DNA of 64,000 nt from Gordius albopunctatus (Eukaryota): assembly GCA_964276515.1 (NCBI GenBank), contig OZ193910.1, positions 2,294,001 through 2,358,000 on the forward strand, written 5' to 3'. Shown here piece after piece: positions 47,601 through 61,730 of this stretch. How positions within the stretch are numbered: the stretch's first letter is position 1; the number at the start of each line of letters is the position of its first letter. A program made the position numbers and the translations under genes. The notes beneath the pieces were generated by a model. The model made no database searches. It was not told the origin of the DNA and saw only the letters and a program-made list of their open reading frames with translations.

Positions 47601-49691
47601 GTTATCTTAAAATGGCTGCGTTCATTAAAAGGTCAAATTTTTTAATGCATTCTTAAATTTAAACAAGTTTTTGCCTCTAGCTTGGAGTGTAAGGGGCAAC
47701 ATTATAACCCTTTTCTATGACACCTTTATATATCGATAAAAAGTTTAGTCTGCTGTTGGTGAATGGGTATTCGCCTCTTTCGGCTATAAGATACCATGGT
47801 ATACCTCGTGGTGGTAGTGGCCTACTCAACTAAAACCAAGTCAAATTCGTGTTTCATAGTTAGACCTTATATCTTATAAAATGTAGATAAGGATTAGGAT
47901 TTATTGTGTTTTTAAGACCTTTTTTCTGGACTAAAATTAAAAACGGGTTCATATTATCACTCTGCATCTTAAGGATCTCTACAGCTTATTAAAATATAAA
48001 CTGCATACTTAATTTCTTCTTTAAATATATCGTTACTCTCAGGGTCACTCTATAGGTATGTGCCCAAAAAACAAGTTATTTCGGGGCTACGTAGACCTTG
48101 AAATTCAATTGCGAGAATTTGATAGAGCCCGCACCCTCTACTCTAAATGGCTCGAGTTCGGGCCGGCTAACGTTTCGGTTTGGGTTAAATTTGCCGAGCT
48201 CGAGGCCGTCTTGGGTGATACTGACCGGGCACGGTACCTTTTCGACTTGGCGTCAGACTTGCCTCGGCTAGATATGCCGGAAATATTGTGGAAGGCCTAC
48301 ATCGATTTCGAAATTGAACAAATCGAATATCCCAGGGTCCGTGTATTGTATGAAAGGCTACTTAAAAAGACGAACCACGTTAAAGTATGGCCTTTGAGAA
48401 TACTTCATATTACCTCAAGTCTTGATCAGGAAATTTATTAATGGTCGCGTTTTTTATCAGCTTATATTGAATTTTTAAATTAATTTTGCACTCTTGCATA
48501 GCGTTAATTAATGAAAACATCTATCTTCCTCCCTTTTGTTGGCCGGAAACTAGGGCTGGCTTTAATATTTTTTATTCCAGTCTACTTGCGGACTTTACTA
48601 AATAGTTTAGAGAGATTGTCCATTAATATACACCGAATTATAGTATCTTCAGAGTGTCTGCACTCTAGTATCATTTTAAAACATCACGCTTTAAAAACCG
48701 TTTAATTTGTAAAAAATATAACAAAACTTTTCCCTTAGGTCTGGATCAGCTACGCCAAATTTGAACTTTCCATCGCCTCGGACAAAGAGGGTGCAGACGG
48801 CGAAACCCAAAGAAATAGCGGTGCCCAAAGGGCTAGGGCGATATTCCAAAGGGCGAACCAGGTTTTAGCCAAACTGGACGGAGATCGGGAGGAGCGTGTC
48901 ATGCTTTTGGAAGCTTGGAAACAGATGGAGGTTTTTTATATAGTTTTTTGGGCGAAAAATCATACTAAAATCGTGTTTTGTGCTAAGCTACGTGTTTTTT
49001 CAATTTTATGGCGTGGAAACTAGGAAATATGGATTTTTGTCGTTGTGCCTGAATGTCGTGGGTTGAATATATTAAAATACATAGCACTTTTACAAAATAT
49101 AATACTATGATTAGGGAAGGGCGTACCATTTCCCTTATCTTTATTTGAAGCTTTGAATTAGGTCGCCCTAGGTAGTGTTGTAAAAACGGCTAGTTTTAGT
49201 CGATTAAACATAAGCACACCAAAAATCTTTTGGTCAAACCTTTAGTCTATTCATGTGACTAAGAAAATCAAGCCAAAAAATCTTTGGTTTGTTGATGTTT
49301 AGTCAACTAAAACCAAAGGTCGTCCTAAAAAACCGTGCCGTTTTTATAACACTACCCCTAGGCAATAAACCTAGAAAAAAAATTCTTAAGCCTATAAGCT
49401 TCATGAGTTTCTTTATTTGCGTTGTAGGTTGATAACGGGGAATCGGAGCACATAGTGGCGGTTGAGAAGCTTATGCCCCAGCGCATCAAGAAACGTAGGA
49501 AGATTGTTACGGACGCGGGCGAAGAAACGGCTGGATGGGAGGAATATTACGATTACATATTTGCCGAAGATAAGCAAGAGAAACCTAATCTAAAACTACT
49601 GGCCTTGGCAAAGAAGTGGAAAAAGGTGGACGCCGAAATAACTAAAGAAAACGAAGAAGAAATGGCTCAAAATACCACATCCTCGCCCTAA
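44667..49691 (+). CDS. CRNKL1: Crooked neck-like protein 1 (crn/CLF1/SYF3), HAT-repeat spliceosomal factor; 12 exons, ~706 aa
   Basis: Exons 44667-44705, 44746-44898, 44933-45024, 45062-45145, 45414-45663, 46050-46250, 46481-46642, 46938-47066, 47346-47558, 48043-48384, 48739-48930, 49428-49691 (2121 nt, phases match). Hallmarks [85 protein letters not shown]. Confidence 0.96.
49173..49354. mobile_element. hAT-type MITE in the last crooked neck intron
   Basis: TAGTGTTGTAAAAACGGC / GCCGTTTTTATAACACTA; TSD GCCCTAGG / CCCCTAGG; same family as 29246-29451. Confidence 0.85.
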
Positions 49692-49858
49692 CTTATATTT
49701 CTGCACCTCGCGTCTCGCTAAATATTATCGATTTTTCACATGCTTAAGACCTGAACTGGTCTGGTTTACATTTTATTATAAATATATGAATGTTATAGTA
49801 TGCTCGATGTATCCATTTTGATAGAGGTAAATTAATTATAAAATTAAACTATCCCTGA

Positions 49859-51828
49859 TTTTTTTTTTTGTTAAAAAGTTTATTTTCAAGAGACAAAGTT
49901 ACATTAATAAGCGAAATACAAAAATAAAGACATATTGGTTAAATACAAAGATTTATATCATTCTCTTCTAAAATGGGCCATGAGTCGGCAAAGGATTTAA
50001 AGTTGTATCGTGCAACAAGAATCCCTAGTTGTTGTCTGAGTAAAAAGGACGCAGAAATTTTAGATTTCGGGGTGCGTTTTCCGATTTCTTTAAAAAACCC
50101 CATTGCCTGTTTGCCAAAGGAACCGGAGCACGTGGCAACGACAGGGATAAAAATATTGGATGCCAAAAGGGCAGAATACTTTGTAGTTTTACGCCCTTCT
50201 TCTGTAGCGATAGGGTCGTAATTAAAATGGGAAGGTGCAAAAAGGTCAATACAAGTAAAATCCCATTTGAGGGATAGGCCATTTTGCCAGGGGACTAGAG
50301 AAGAGCCGTCAGGGCGCATCCTACCTTCAAGAGAGGGATCTGACGGCTCAAGGATTGAGGGGATTTTAGCCTTTTTAAGGGCACCTTGAATTAATAAATT
50401 AGCTTTAGTGTGCCTAACGTATTTATATATGTTTGCTAGGCAGTGTAGAGGGTGCCTAGCATATTCGTCTACAACGGTAAGGCAGTTTTGACAGTTGAAT
50501 TCTCTGCTGTAACTAATCCCCAACCTTAAAGCTATGGAATATGATAGCTCAAAGTCTTCAAGCAGCATTCCCAAAAGTTTGCTGGGATAGGCTTCAAGCC
50601 ACTCGCGACCGGAACCGTCAAAAGCGAGAGACCTAAGGTTGTAATGCTGGCTATCATCGCTGCTCGATAAGAGGTAATCAACGGAGCGCGATACTAGTCC
50701 AGAATCCCAATCCTTTTGTCTCGTACTTTGAGGTTGGATGGTCTCGGATGTGACATTCAAATTCCAAAGCTCCAAGGCTTGAGTTAGCAGGGGGTCGGAA
50801 TCATGTTTTATGAGATTAAAAATTAAGTTTTGGACCGACTTAAAAGAGGAAATAAAAGCGGCTAGCGATATGCTGCCGGGAGGGCGAATTCCTAATCCTC
50901 CAGATTTGGTTGGGAGGGATGTTTGAATCCAATTGTTAGTATTAAATTTTAAATTTTTTCTAATAACGTTTTTAAAAAGCCTTCGTACGACTTTGAAACG
51001 TCTAGGTGTAAAAATGCGCCAGATGAGCGAAAACAATGATCTTTGAGATGTTAAAATAGTTTTTGATTATGTAAAATGAGTGATGCGCTGGCAAGCATTT
51101 TAAAAGTTCCGTTTTAGATTTTAAAATTTCAAGGTTCTTATGAAGAAAATTTAGGAGAGATTTTTCACCGCCAATAAAGGGATATGTTTTCCTTCTCTAA
51201 AACTAAAAAAGGTTTAAAAATTGGAAAGTCAATAGTGTTGGGGGCCTGAAAGATTTCACATTTTTTCGAGTTTAATGTAAGATTCAGAGTGGGTTTAAAA
51301 TTGTTGATAATTTGTATAGCTTTACTGATCTCCTCCGGGCGGCCACATAGGGTGGCGTCGTCGAGATACCAAACATTTAAATCCATAATACACTGAGATG
51401 ATATAGCCTCGACTAAATTATGAATGGCTAAACAAAACAAAGGAGGACCTAATGGGTCTCCTTGTTGGATGCCTTCGGACGAGTCAATGACGTATTCGCC
51501 GAATCGAAGCTTGGTTGTAGAACCATAGCTTAATAAAATGTAATTTACGAATTGTGGGAATTCAGCTAAAAAAGTGTTAATAAGGGTTTCTCTTCGAATG
51601 CAGTTAAAAGCATTGGCAAAATCTAATTTAACAAAGCAGGACTCGGTGGGAATATTTTGGAGTGTGATCCGGCCAGCATGGCTGGCTGCCTCACATCCGC
51701 CTTTAATTCCGAAGCCGAGTTGATGAGGGCGGAGCTTGGCGGATAAGGAGGGTTTTATGAGTTTGCAGAGGGTTTTTGATATAATACGGCGAAAAAGACT
51801 TCCAATGGCGATGGGTCTAACTGCGTAT
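49859..51828 (-). mobile_element. CRE-like non-LTR retrotransposon (RT + zinc knuckle + restriction-like endonuclease), 5'-truncated
   Basis: VRPIAIGSLFRR, QLGFGIKGGCEA, KLDFANAFN, QQGDPLGP, WYLDDATL; CQNC..H..HC, RH, RPDG, WDFTC; poly(A) tail seen as a T run at 49859-49869. Confidence 0.9.
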
Positions 51829-51918
51829 CTATCGTGTTCTTTGAAAATTTGAATATACAGTTCTTTAGTAAAAGTGTATCATCTCTTATAGTATTTTCTA
51901 GACCGTCATACGTGTACG

Positions 51919-52573
51919 TAGTGTGATAAATGTAGGCATGTGCTGCGGAAAATGGAAACTTTTTACAATTTCAAACATTAAATAAAAGTCATTTTTTTGC
52001 TTATTTTTTACGTCAATTATTATTATTATAGGACGGTCGTGTCCCCCCCCCTCCTGCGTGCATAAATAAATTAAAAAATCTCATTTTATCATTTTTTGCG
52101 CGTTAAATAGGGAGAAAAATGAAAATACTTTTAACAAAACGCCAATAAATGTTGATATATCTCAGTTCTTCGGACATTATTAAGTTGAGAATTAAAAGTT
52201 TTATTCAGAAACAAATAAATATAATTATGATATTGTTTCTTATATACAAAAAATTATAAAAAAAATTGCTTTAAGGGCCAGGGGCCAAATATGGGGGTCA
52301 TGGGGCCAGGTTTTCTCTCTTGGATGGGCCTGGGCCTTGGACCCTCTTTAACTATTTGTTTAAATTTTTTTGCATAATAAACACTTACCAATTCTATTTG
52401 ATATATTCTTAATCTATTATACGGAAATAGAACAATAGAAGTAGAACATATAGACATCAAACTTTATTTTTACTTCAATAACCGCTTTATCATCATATAT
52501 GCCCTAAAATTCCAACATAATTTAATACACCCCCCGGGTAAATGGCAAAACAACGTTTGCCGGGTTCATCTAG
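51919..52573 (+). mobile_element. Non-autonomous Helitron, second copy (5' end missing or replaced)
   Basis: Colinear with 15190-15692; GGCAAA..TTTGCC hairpin + CTAG|T end. Confidence 0.75.
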
Positions 52574-53042
52574 TAATTTATAAAGTAAAGTCACAAAATT
52601 TATTTATGATGTTATTAATAATTGCATGAGCCCTACGTTTAACCTTACTTTTAAATAAACAGTTTTTCATATTCATAATATTTTTTAAACAAAAGAAGGA
52701 TATTTTGGAATTGGCGTAATTAATTGGATACCATTATATTAGTTGATTATTAGCAGATGTAAAGATAAAACATAATCCCCGCAAAATATTGGAAGCCTTT
52801 GCGGGTTTTTATGTATAATTCGCTTTTTAAATTGACTTTATACGATCTAAATGCTAATTTTCCCATTATGCTATAGGATAGTATGATTAATAATAACAAC
52901 AGACACTTGTCAATCATCAACTGATTATTATTAGGAATAAGGAATTATTTTCAATCATTTGTAATTATTATATACAATAAAAAAACAAATCAATAAAGCG
53001 CAAAATTTTAGAAATCGTTTAATTTATTAAATCAGGGGCTAA

Positions 53043-56000
53043 TCAGGCCAATTGCCTAATTTCTATATTTTTCATGCCAAAAAGTTGGTTTTTGCTATTG
53101 TAATTATGGTTACTTCCAAAGTTCACCTTCAAGTTACCAACGTTGCTTTTTGCCTGGCCTACTAGTAAGTCCTCATTGACTCCCGTCATAGTAACGTAAA
53201 GATCTTCTGAATCTGAGGATAATTTTATAGCATGGCTTTTGTTAGTATTCTTATTAGCGGTAACGTCTTGATTGCAATGAGGATTATTTAAACCACCTTT
53301 GACGAGAATGTAGTTTTTCTTGCGAGGCATTGAATTATAGAAAGAGCCATTTCGACGGCATTGATTTTCAATTTTTATTTGAACGCCCGGTTTTTCATTA
53401 GATCGATCTGTTATATTGTTGTCATCCTTTAAACGGGTATGGTTGTCATCAGGCTTGATACCAGAGACATCCCACAATTTGGGGATCATAGTAAAAATGG
53501 AAAAATGTTTTTTAATAACGCGTCTTAACGGTGAAACATGGGGCGCGTTTTCTTGATTACCCCGAAGCTCTTGTGCAAAATCTCTACGATTAATTTTGTT
53601 GTAATGCTCGATCGGTTTGTGCTTGATATTATTTTTACTAACAGGAGCGCAGGTGGCAAAGCTTATCATAGACGAGCGTTTGTGTAAGTCGTTACTGAAA
53701 GGTAAGTTTGGTTTAATCGTCGCCGTGCGACTCTGAGCCAACATTGAATCATTATTTGGTGTAACCAGTTGTGATCTATTTCGGAACGGCTTTAAAGTTT
53801 GATTTTTAGTAGTTTGGTCTTGATCCTTAGGATCACTATTGTTCTGTTTTAAGGTGTCCTCTTTGTCAATATAATGGTTAAAGTTATTAATTGCACTATT
53901 ATTCACTCTCTTGTGACATATGTATATTCCAGAATCAGTTTCCTCCTGTGAAGATTCGTTATTACACCATAAGGATACATTTGGTAGCTCTTTGTGCCGT
54001 TTTTCTAATTTAGCCAAGTAACTCTGGGGATCTACCTGCTGCACGTGTGTCTTAACATGGTAATCGTATGGTAGGAAAGGTCTTAATGGTAAATCTTTCC
54101 AATATTTAAAACAATCACAATCGGGATTCAATTCACATTCAATGTGAAATGCATCTTCAGTTTTGGCCAATGGTGATTTTACACATTTCGGCTCGTCGTA
54201 TGTTTGACTTAACAAAGATAACGATAATATTTTTTCCTCCAAATCTTTCGTACTTTCTTTTAAACTATCCAAAATATCTTGAGTGCTTGAAAATGAGGAG
54301 CACGACATAGGACGACTCCTTAATTCTGATTGATTCCTACAATGTTCAGCTTTATCATTTTTAATGCAACCCTTCTTATATTTAAGTGAGCTCATTACCA
54401 AGCTCCCATTTTCTATTCCTTCTCCATTGTTATTTTCGCTTTCAAAATTTATTTTCCGTCGTGAGTCGCCAGAGTTTTGAATCGCCGACTTCACTCTTTT
54501 AAGAGAGTTGGTTTGGACGCAGTTTTTAGTTTCCCGTATATCCTTTCTTTGACAGCTTTCGGGAATTATCATAGATTTAAGAGATCTAGGACTCTGAAAT
54601 GTATTCTTCAACGTTGCCCAGTTGCGATTGCCTTCAATATAACCATTAATGGAAGATTGAATTTTGAAGCGTTTTTCATTATCAAACTTTTTTGTGTTAT
54701 CACTATGAGCATTCTCATTCGCACAATCATAGTGTTCAATAAATCTTGTTTTGTCTTCGAATAAAGCATCTCGGTTGAGTTCAACATTTGTTGACATCCT
54801 TCTTTTACAATTACACTCTATAATTTTATTTGTAGTTGACACTTCCGTCATTCCACTCTTGATGCTCAGCCCTTCTGGGGAGATCCGTTGAGGCAAATTC
54901 ACATTACAATTTTCGCTCAAATGTTTCAAATTCAATACACTAGGTAGAAATCTTAACCCTGTTTCAGCATGACATTGGGATTGCTATTAATGAAACGAAA
55001 CCATCGGTTAGTTACTTATATATTTTGAAAAGTATACCTCTTTAATGGCCTCAAAATCGAAAGATCGATATTTAAGATGACGTCGTTGACACAATGTATT
55101 GCTGCTTTGATCCGGTTCAATTTTAATTGGAGATAATGATATTTTTTCATTAAAGAATCTTCTTTCATTTTCGTAAGAGTCAGTGCTGAGGGAAAAGCAG
55201 CGCGTTTTAGGATGACCCATTAATATTCCATTCTTCCCTTCACACTTGTTAGCACTAATACACAAGTCTTGACAACCAATCTCTGTGATATTAAACATTT
55301 GATGTATAGATTTTTAAATATTTTACTAAAAAGCATAATAACATTTAGAAAGTGTCGTCAATAATTTTTATTACTAAAATGCTAATTTGGACTTTTGCAA
55401 AATGTTAAATTCGTGATTAAATTAATTGTAAATAAGCTTAATTCAGATTGTAAATTGTGTGCACCTTTTAGGTATGAGTGAAAGCTCTGGTATCCATCAT
55501 TATTCCACGCATCTTGAAACAATCGAAAGATTGTGTCGTTACTATCCGACTTTAGTAAGTAGATGCCTTTTTAATTTTATTTAAAAAATAAATTATTTCA
55601 TGGATTTATATAATTTAAAACAAGAATGGCGTACAGTTAATTTTATGGCGCCTTATAAAAGTGGCTTTATACGAGTTTAGATCTGCTATAACTAATTAAT
55701 ATTGGCTAAGTGTGACAATGCTTTAATGCAAAATTTTATTTTTTAAATAGAAAGCGCCATTTTAGTCTTTTATTTTAATAATTTATTACCTTCAATAATC
55801 AATTTTGGCCATAAAATTACATCAATTTGAGCAGCATATTTCAAATTATAATTGAATAGAATGCCAGTTTACATGTGCTTCGGGGGATGACGGGGAGGCG
55901 GCTGATCACATCAAAATCCAAAAAAAAATTCATAGATTTAATAAAAATATGGCTAAAATTAAAAAAAATTAATTATTCCCCTCTATAAATTATTACTGAC

Positions 56001-56755
56001 CCCCTCTAATTCTAATGCTTGCGACGCCCATGCCAGTTTATTTTAAGGTGGCTAATATTAGTTTGTTAACAAAAAAAGCTAACCCTGAATGTACCAATTT
56101 GCTGCAAAATTTGCTTTATTACCTTGAGGCATGGAGTTTATACCAGCTGATTGTTGGTGTGGGGTCATTGATAACTCGTCTAAAACTATCTCAAAAGCCA
56201 AGAGGTCTTTGCGCAATGTGGCAAAACGGGAAACGCTTTTCGATTGCCAGATCCATACGTTTTGTGCGTTGCTAACGGGCAGTATGTAAAATAGCTTTAA
56301 ATCCGAGCTAATTCTAAGTATGATCGATGCTTGTGACAAGCTTCTTTTAAATTCGCTATTTTTATTATCGTCCTTTAGTAAACTGCTCAATGACGATCTT
56401 TTCCTGTCATTAGTTCCCCTGTAATAAAGCGTGACATCAAATATGTAATCGACTTCTCTACTTGTAGCACCGTCATTGATAAATGGACCAGCAGAGCAAT
56501 CTAGAAATACGTATTGAATATTAAATTCAATAAAGATATTTTAAATTATTAAACAAATTAATTTATTTTAATAATAAATTATAAATATGTATACTTTTAA
56601 CCTAAATTTAATCGTGGCATCTTAAATATTTCATAGGATAGAAAATCTTATATAAAATTATATGTTTTTTTACTATTAAGTTCGCCAAATTCTTCTTCAA
56701 ATACAGAGTTTTCATCTTCGTCAGTATCAGCTACATTTCTATCAAACGAATGCAT
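53043..56755 (-). CDS. IRS/DOK/FRS2-type docking protein (IRS-type PTB domain + long disordered tail); 5' end uncertain
   Basis: Phase-compatible GT-AG exons 56674-56755 (or 56766), 56123-56500, 55465-55566, 55038-55282, 53043-54983. WIWQSKSVSRFATLRKDLLAFE..PQG/IYLLKSDSNDTIFRLFQ resembles the PTB-IRS pattern W..LRRYG..FSFE..GQGIFAFK..ELFN.LQ; tail has YNSM and YVTM motifs. Confidence 0.65.
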
Positions 56756-58163
56756 TGTTTGTGCTTCTGATTTTACATAATAAAAAGTTTTGAAATTATA
56801 TCACAACTATTTCTTTGAAAAATATTTAATATTGTTTAAATTTCAGTAAAAATATGCAATAAATAGATCGTATGAACTATGTCTATGTAAATAAATTATT
56901 TGCTCTTCCTTTGCATCAGAGAATCTATTATTTATAAAGAAAACCCTTCTAAAAGTATAACTAATTTGCTTAAATGATTCATCTTATTATTGAAAGATCA
57001 TAAAACTTCATGAAAACTCGGTTAGTTTAATAAAAAATATTTTCTAACAATTATTTTCGGGTTCAAACCTAATAACTAATACTTGCTATGAGTTTGAGTT
57101 TACATTTAGAGTTTTATGGCTTTACTGTTCACATTTTATTTACCTACCCTAGCATATTAAATCTCACCTAGGTGTTCAATTAATTAACACAATATCACAA
57201 TAAAAAATGTGAAATATTTATTTTTCTGTGTCTCAGTAACTTTTACCAACTGAAAGTTCAGCAACTTACCCTATAAACTCGTTTCTGCGGAGGCGAAACT
57301 TAAAAATAAGTTATAAATTTATCTAATAAAAAAATTTAATTAACTAATTTATCTCCTTTTAAAGTTACTATTTAAGCTAAAGGCTCGTGACAATCTAGAT
57401 TTAGAAAAGATTATATTTTTTGTGTAGATGAGTTTTATGTTAGATCTGTCAAAGAAAAATACCGACAATTTATATGGCTAACTTAAACCTTTATCAACTA
57501 GGCTTCAAAATTAGAATCAACTCAAACAAATCATATATAATAATCAAAGAATAAAAGAAAATTAACTTTTCAAAATACTGAAATGTCAGATTTGTTTTAT
57601 TGTTTTTATGTTGAATTCCGATTCCAAACGTCTACTATGGTTTATCTTTCATTATATAAAATCAAGATTAACAATGGTCAATGAAAGCATTGTCTTTTTC
57701 TACTGAGATAGCCTCGACACTGGCGCGTCTTATAAAATGAAAGGAAGACCTTGATTTTTTTGTAAATTACTTTTTTTAAAATAATTAAATATTTAAAATT
57801 CATATGATTTAAGCATATGTTTTGAAATATGTTAAAAAGAAGTATCATTACCAAGATTTTATTGTCTTAGTTATAATAATTAATTCCACAATATATATGT
57901 ATTAAGTAATGCAACTAAATACGATTTAAGCGAACTCTATTTAGCAAATAAACAAACCTTTAGATTAAAAGGCGGGTATCATGAGCAATACTTTAAATTT
58001 ATAAGTATATTCTTTTACGGTTGTACTCCCACTTTAAATCCAAAAATTCTTTTATGCCTAATGTTTCAAAAAAATATAATTTTTCCTCTCGCTAAATGAA
58101 TATTTCCACTCCCCTCTTCAAATCCCCATTTCATAAAAATACAAAGAAAAAGTCTGGTGCAGA

Positions 58164-58364
58164 TAGAGTTGTTAAATTGCTAACTTTCTTCAAACTCCAG
58201 ACTCAAGCAGGTACACTGAGTTGCTAATATGCGCGTTAGCACAATATGTGCTCGCTTTTGGTGCACTAGGCAGAGCAGTAGCATATAAAAATGCTCGAGG
58301 GCCGAGCAGAAACTCGAGCAGATGGTAGCTTGAGTTGAAGAAAGTTAGCAATATAACAACTCTA
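58164..58364. mobile_element. hAT-type MITE
   Basis: 30-bp TIRs TAGAGTTGTTAAATTGCTAACTTTCTTCAA / TTGAAGAAAGTTAGCAATATAACAACTCTA; perfect 8-bp TSD GGTGCAGA. Confidence 0.9.
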
Positions 58365-61300
58365 GGTGCAGATTAGTTTCGGAGTTTAAAAATTTTAAAA
58401 ACAAATTTATAAAAAAGTAAGGTAAAAACAAGTTTATGATGGTTTAAGAATGATTGTAAATTTTGAAATAAATCATTTAATTTTCACTAAAATTGGGACA
58501 AAATTAACTTCCCTGATGGGCTTAGCCCCCCCCCCCCATAAAATCAAAAACTTAGTTTATAATTTAAAAATAGTTTTTATTTTTAATAAATTACAATTTT
58601 TGGCCCCTCTTTACCCCCCCCCCCCCTTTAATTAATTTCTGGTTCAGCCGATGTATCATCGTCCTCTTGAAAGATAATATACAGGTGTTCTGTCTGAGAG
58701 GACCTTAAACAGATAATGAGAGATAATAATAGTGTTGCACCTGATTTTAGTTTAAATAGGCTCTAATAATAATTATAGGTGTCATAGATTAACTAACCTC
58801 GAAAAGATATTTTATAACAAATATTTCAATAAAAATAAAATATATTTTATAACAAATATTTCAATTAATAAAAATAAAATAGCAATTAAAATATTTGATT
58901 GCAAATTTAACATATTTAATGATAAAAAATACATTTCAACAATAAAATTGGATTAACATGCAAATCACCATTTAAATAGTTTGAAATTATTTAATAAGCC
59001 AAACTTTTCTAGATGAAAATTATATTTTTACGCAAAATTTATATATTGTTAATAATTTACTTGAACGGAGCAAAAATTGCCAGATAATAAAATCTTTTAT
59101 ATCTTTTTCCTCGACAGATTATAGTATTTCCGGGGCAACACATGGTATGCAATTGTCAGGAAGAGCCATATTAAAATCAATGTTTTTAATGTCGACGATC
59201 GATTAATTTTTTAAAAATAGAGGATTTTATATTCAAAGAGGACGGTAACAAATAAAAAGGAAAAAAAATATTTTTTGAATGATCTAATTTTACCAACGCG
59301 TGTTACTTTATTTTATATGGACAAAGGACAACATAAGGGCGACATATTTAACAATTGCCTAGAAAGATCGAGGGGTCAATAATGCCCAGTAGACATTAGA
59401 CATTCTACTGTCAACTTTGAACAGTAACCTTTATCCCTGGTAGTCATAGCCAAAGGAGAATAAATAGTTTCACCATGTTAATTTTACACATATTTTAGGA
59501 GTAAGGGTTAGTTAAAAAATTTCTTAAATTTTATTCACTTTAATCTTGTAAATATATTTGGTTATTAGATTAATTCACCGTTATAAAATTTTACTAAATT
59601 TTTTTGTTATATTTATTTGTAAAGTTTTAGGTCCAATCGTAAGGAAAGACTTGAAACTTAAGTTCCTAAAAATTGAACTAACTATTTCTGTTAAAAAATG
59701 AATTAAAATGATATAAAAAATTACATTGACTACTAAAATACTATAAAAACGCGCAAAAAACCCTTAAAAATTAAAAAAAAATTATGTTTTGCCCCCCCCC
59801 CCTATTTGAAATTAACTCAAATTAATACAGATGCTTATTAGCAAATTTACACATAAATTTAAATTATTAAATTTGAGATTAGATTACTAGTTGCGATTGT
59901 GTTTGTGTAGTCATCATTTATTTCCTATTCCTAATTTTTTTTACGGTCGAAGGAAAATTATTGAATAGTCAAGCAAAAAAAATTTGTTAAAAATAATCTG
60001 CCCCCCCCCCCTCCTAATTCAAAACCTGGGTACGCCCATGCTGATGCACTAGAGTTTACAGACTTTAACTTTTAAAGCACGAAGCACAATTCTCGCTTGT
60101 TATCGATATCTGTTAGCATTTTCTAAGATGCTATATCTCAAGGAAACTTGTCTTCTAGAAAGGGGAGTTCTAATGGTAACTCTAGACTTAGATTAACATC
60201 ACCTTTAAAAGTATTCGCTTGAGGCTATGAGAATTTAATGGTCATTCTAGTATAAAATAAATAAACCTCTGGAGTATTGGTCAGTGCTACATAGCAACTG
60301 TTTATTTAATAAGTAACACATGTTTTTACAAACTTGTAAAGTTCATTTAATTCATTCGATAAAGAATGTTGGAGGAATAGACTTTAGCAGGCAGACTGTG
60401 CAAATATAAAAAGATGCAGTAAAAAAGAGATATAATTTTACAAGAATTTGCTTTTTAAATACTAATATTTCCTGTGCTTCTAGATGAGATTTTATATCGC
60501 TAGGCCGCTTACTAATATTAATTAAATTTGTGTTTAAATATTGGTAATTAAAAAACCCAGACTCAAACATCTTTACTATTTTGATATCTAATCTACCTAA
60601 TCATATCAATTAACAACATTGTCATCCTTAGCATGGTGAGCCTGAAATGGATATTTTAAAGCCAGAATTCTTTTAAAATCATTATTTTTTCGATATTTAA
60701 TATTAATAATATTCATTTCCCCCCTAAATTGTAGTTATTAAATCATGATTTTTTAAATAGATAATTTAAATAATTTTACATAGCCATTCAGCAAGCATTT
60801 AAAGATATTTGTCATAAAACTCCGACGTGACATGTGTTAAATCTATTAAGCGCCAAAAATTTGAAAGAATATTGTAACAAATTTAAAATAAAAATCCTCA
60901 CTTAATGAGTGAATTTTTATAAAAAATAAAATAATTTTTATTATAAAGTAATTAAGGTCTGTTTAAACATATATGCTTGTAGTATTTAGATATTTTAGTA
61001 AGGGGAGATTGAGCCTTGCTAAATACATTTTCATTGGCCTGAGCCAGGCCTGCCGAACCCGCTCTATTTTTTACCAGTTTACGAAAAATTGAGAGTGCAT
61101 TTAACATCAAAAAATTTTGCCTCCCATATAGCCGCTAAGGAATTAATAAAAAAAAAGTAACGAAGCTTTGTTCAGTATAATATTTAAGTCAATGTAGGTT
61201 CGTTATTTTAATAATTTAACCTCTTCACATGGGATAAATGTTAACTTAATAGTTTTTATTTGAAACTTTAATACGGCTCCGTTATTAGATAAACCACATT

Positions 61301-61730
61301 ACTTTTTAAGTTTAAAAATAAAACACTTCTAAATTTTTAAGCGATAAATAGCAAAGACATGGATTTTTATTAGACTTTGCTAGTAATCAATCAGTATTTT
61401 ATAATTATTAAGTAAATCTAAATTTTAAGACAAGTATATTTTTTATACACCCATTTGGCAAGAACTGAGTATTTAAATAACAAGGTTTATAAAATATAGT
61501 AAAATATCTTAAAATTAGCTATGATATATTAATTAACTAAGCAAGAAGTACAAAGCTGTTAAAGCGTTAACCTTCTAAGAAAAAAATTCACATTGTTGGA
61601 TTTATTGGCTCATAATAACAGATATTATCATATAAAATAGTTTTGTGCGAAAGTAGGACGCACCCTTAATTTTTAAAATAAATTTTTTAAACAAACATTT
61701 TCCTCGTCATGTCCCCTAAGTTTCTAGAAG

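Noticed and set aside
52778..52810. Hairpin CCCGCAAA..TTTGCGGG + T run like an intrinsic terminator
   Set aside because: Eukaryotic 3' flank; an 8-bp stem alone does not support a function.
57200..60660. Candidate extra 5' exons (PH domain) of the PTB adaptor gene
   Set aside because: Short open segments exist but I could not build a phase-consistent, motif-supported chain.
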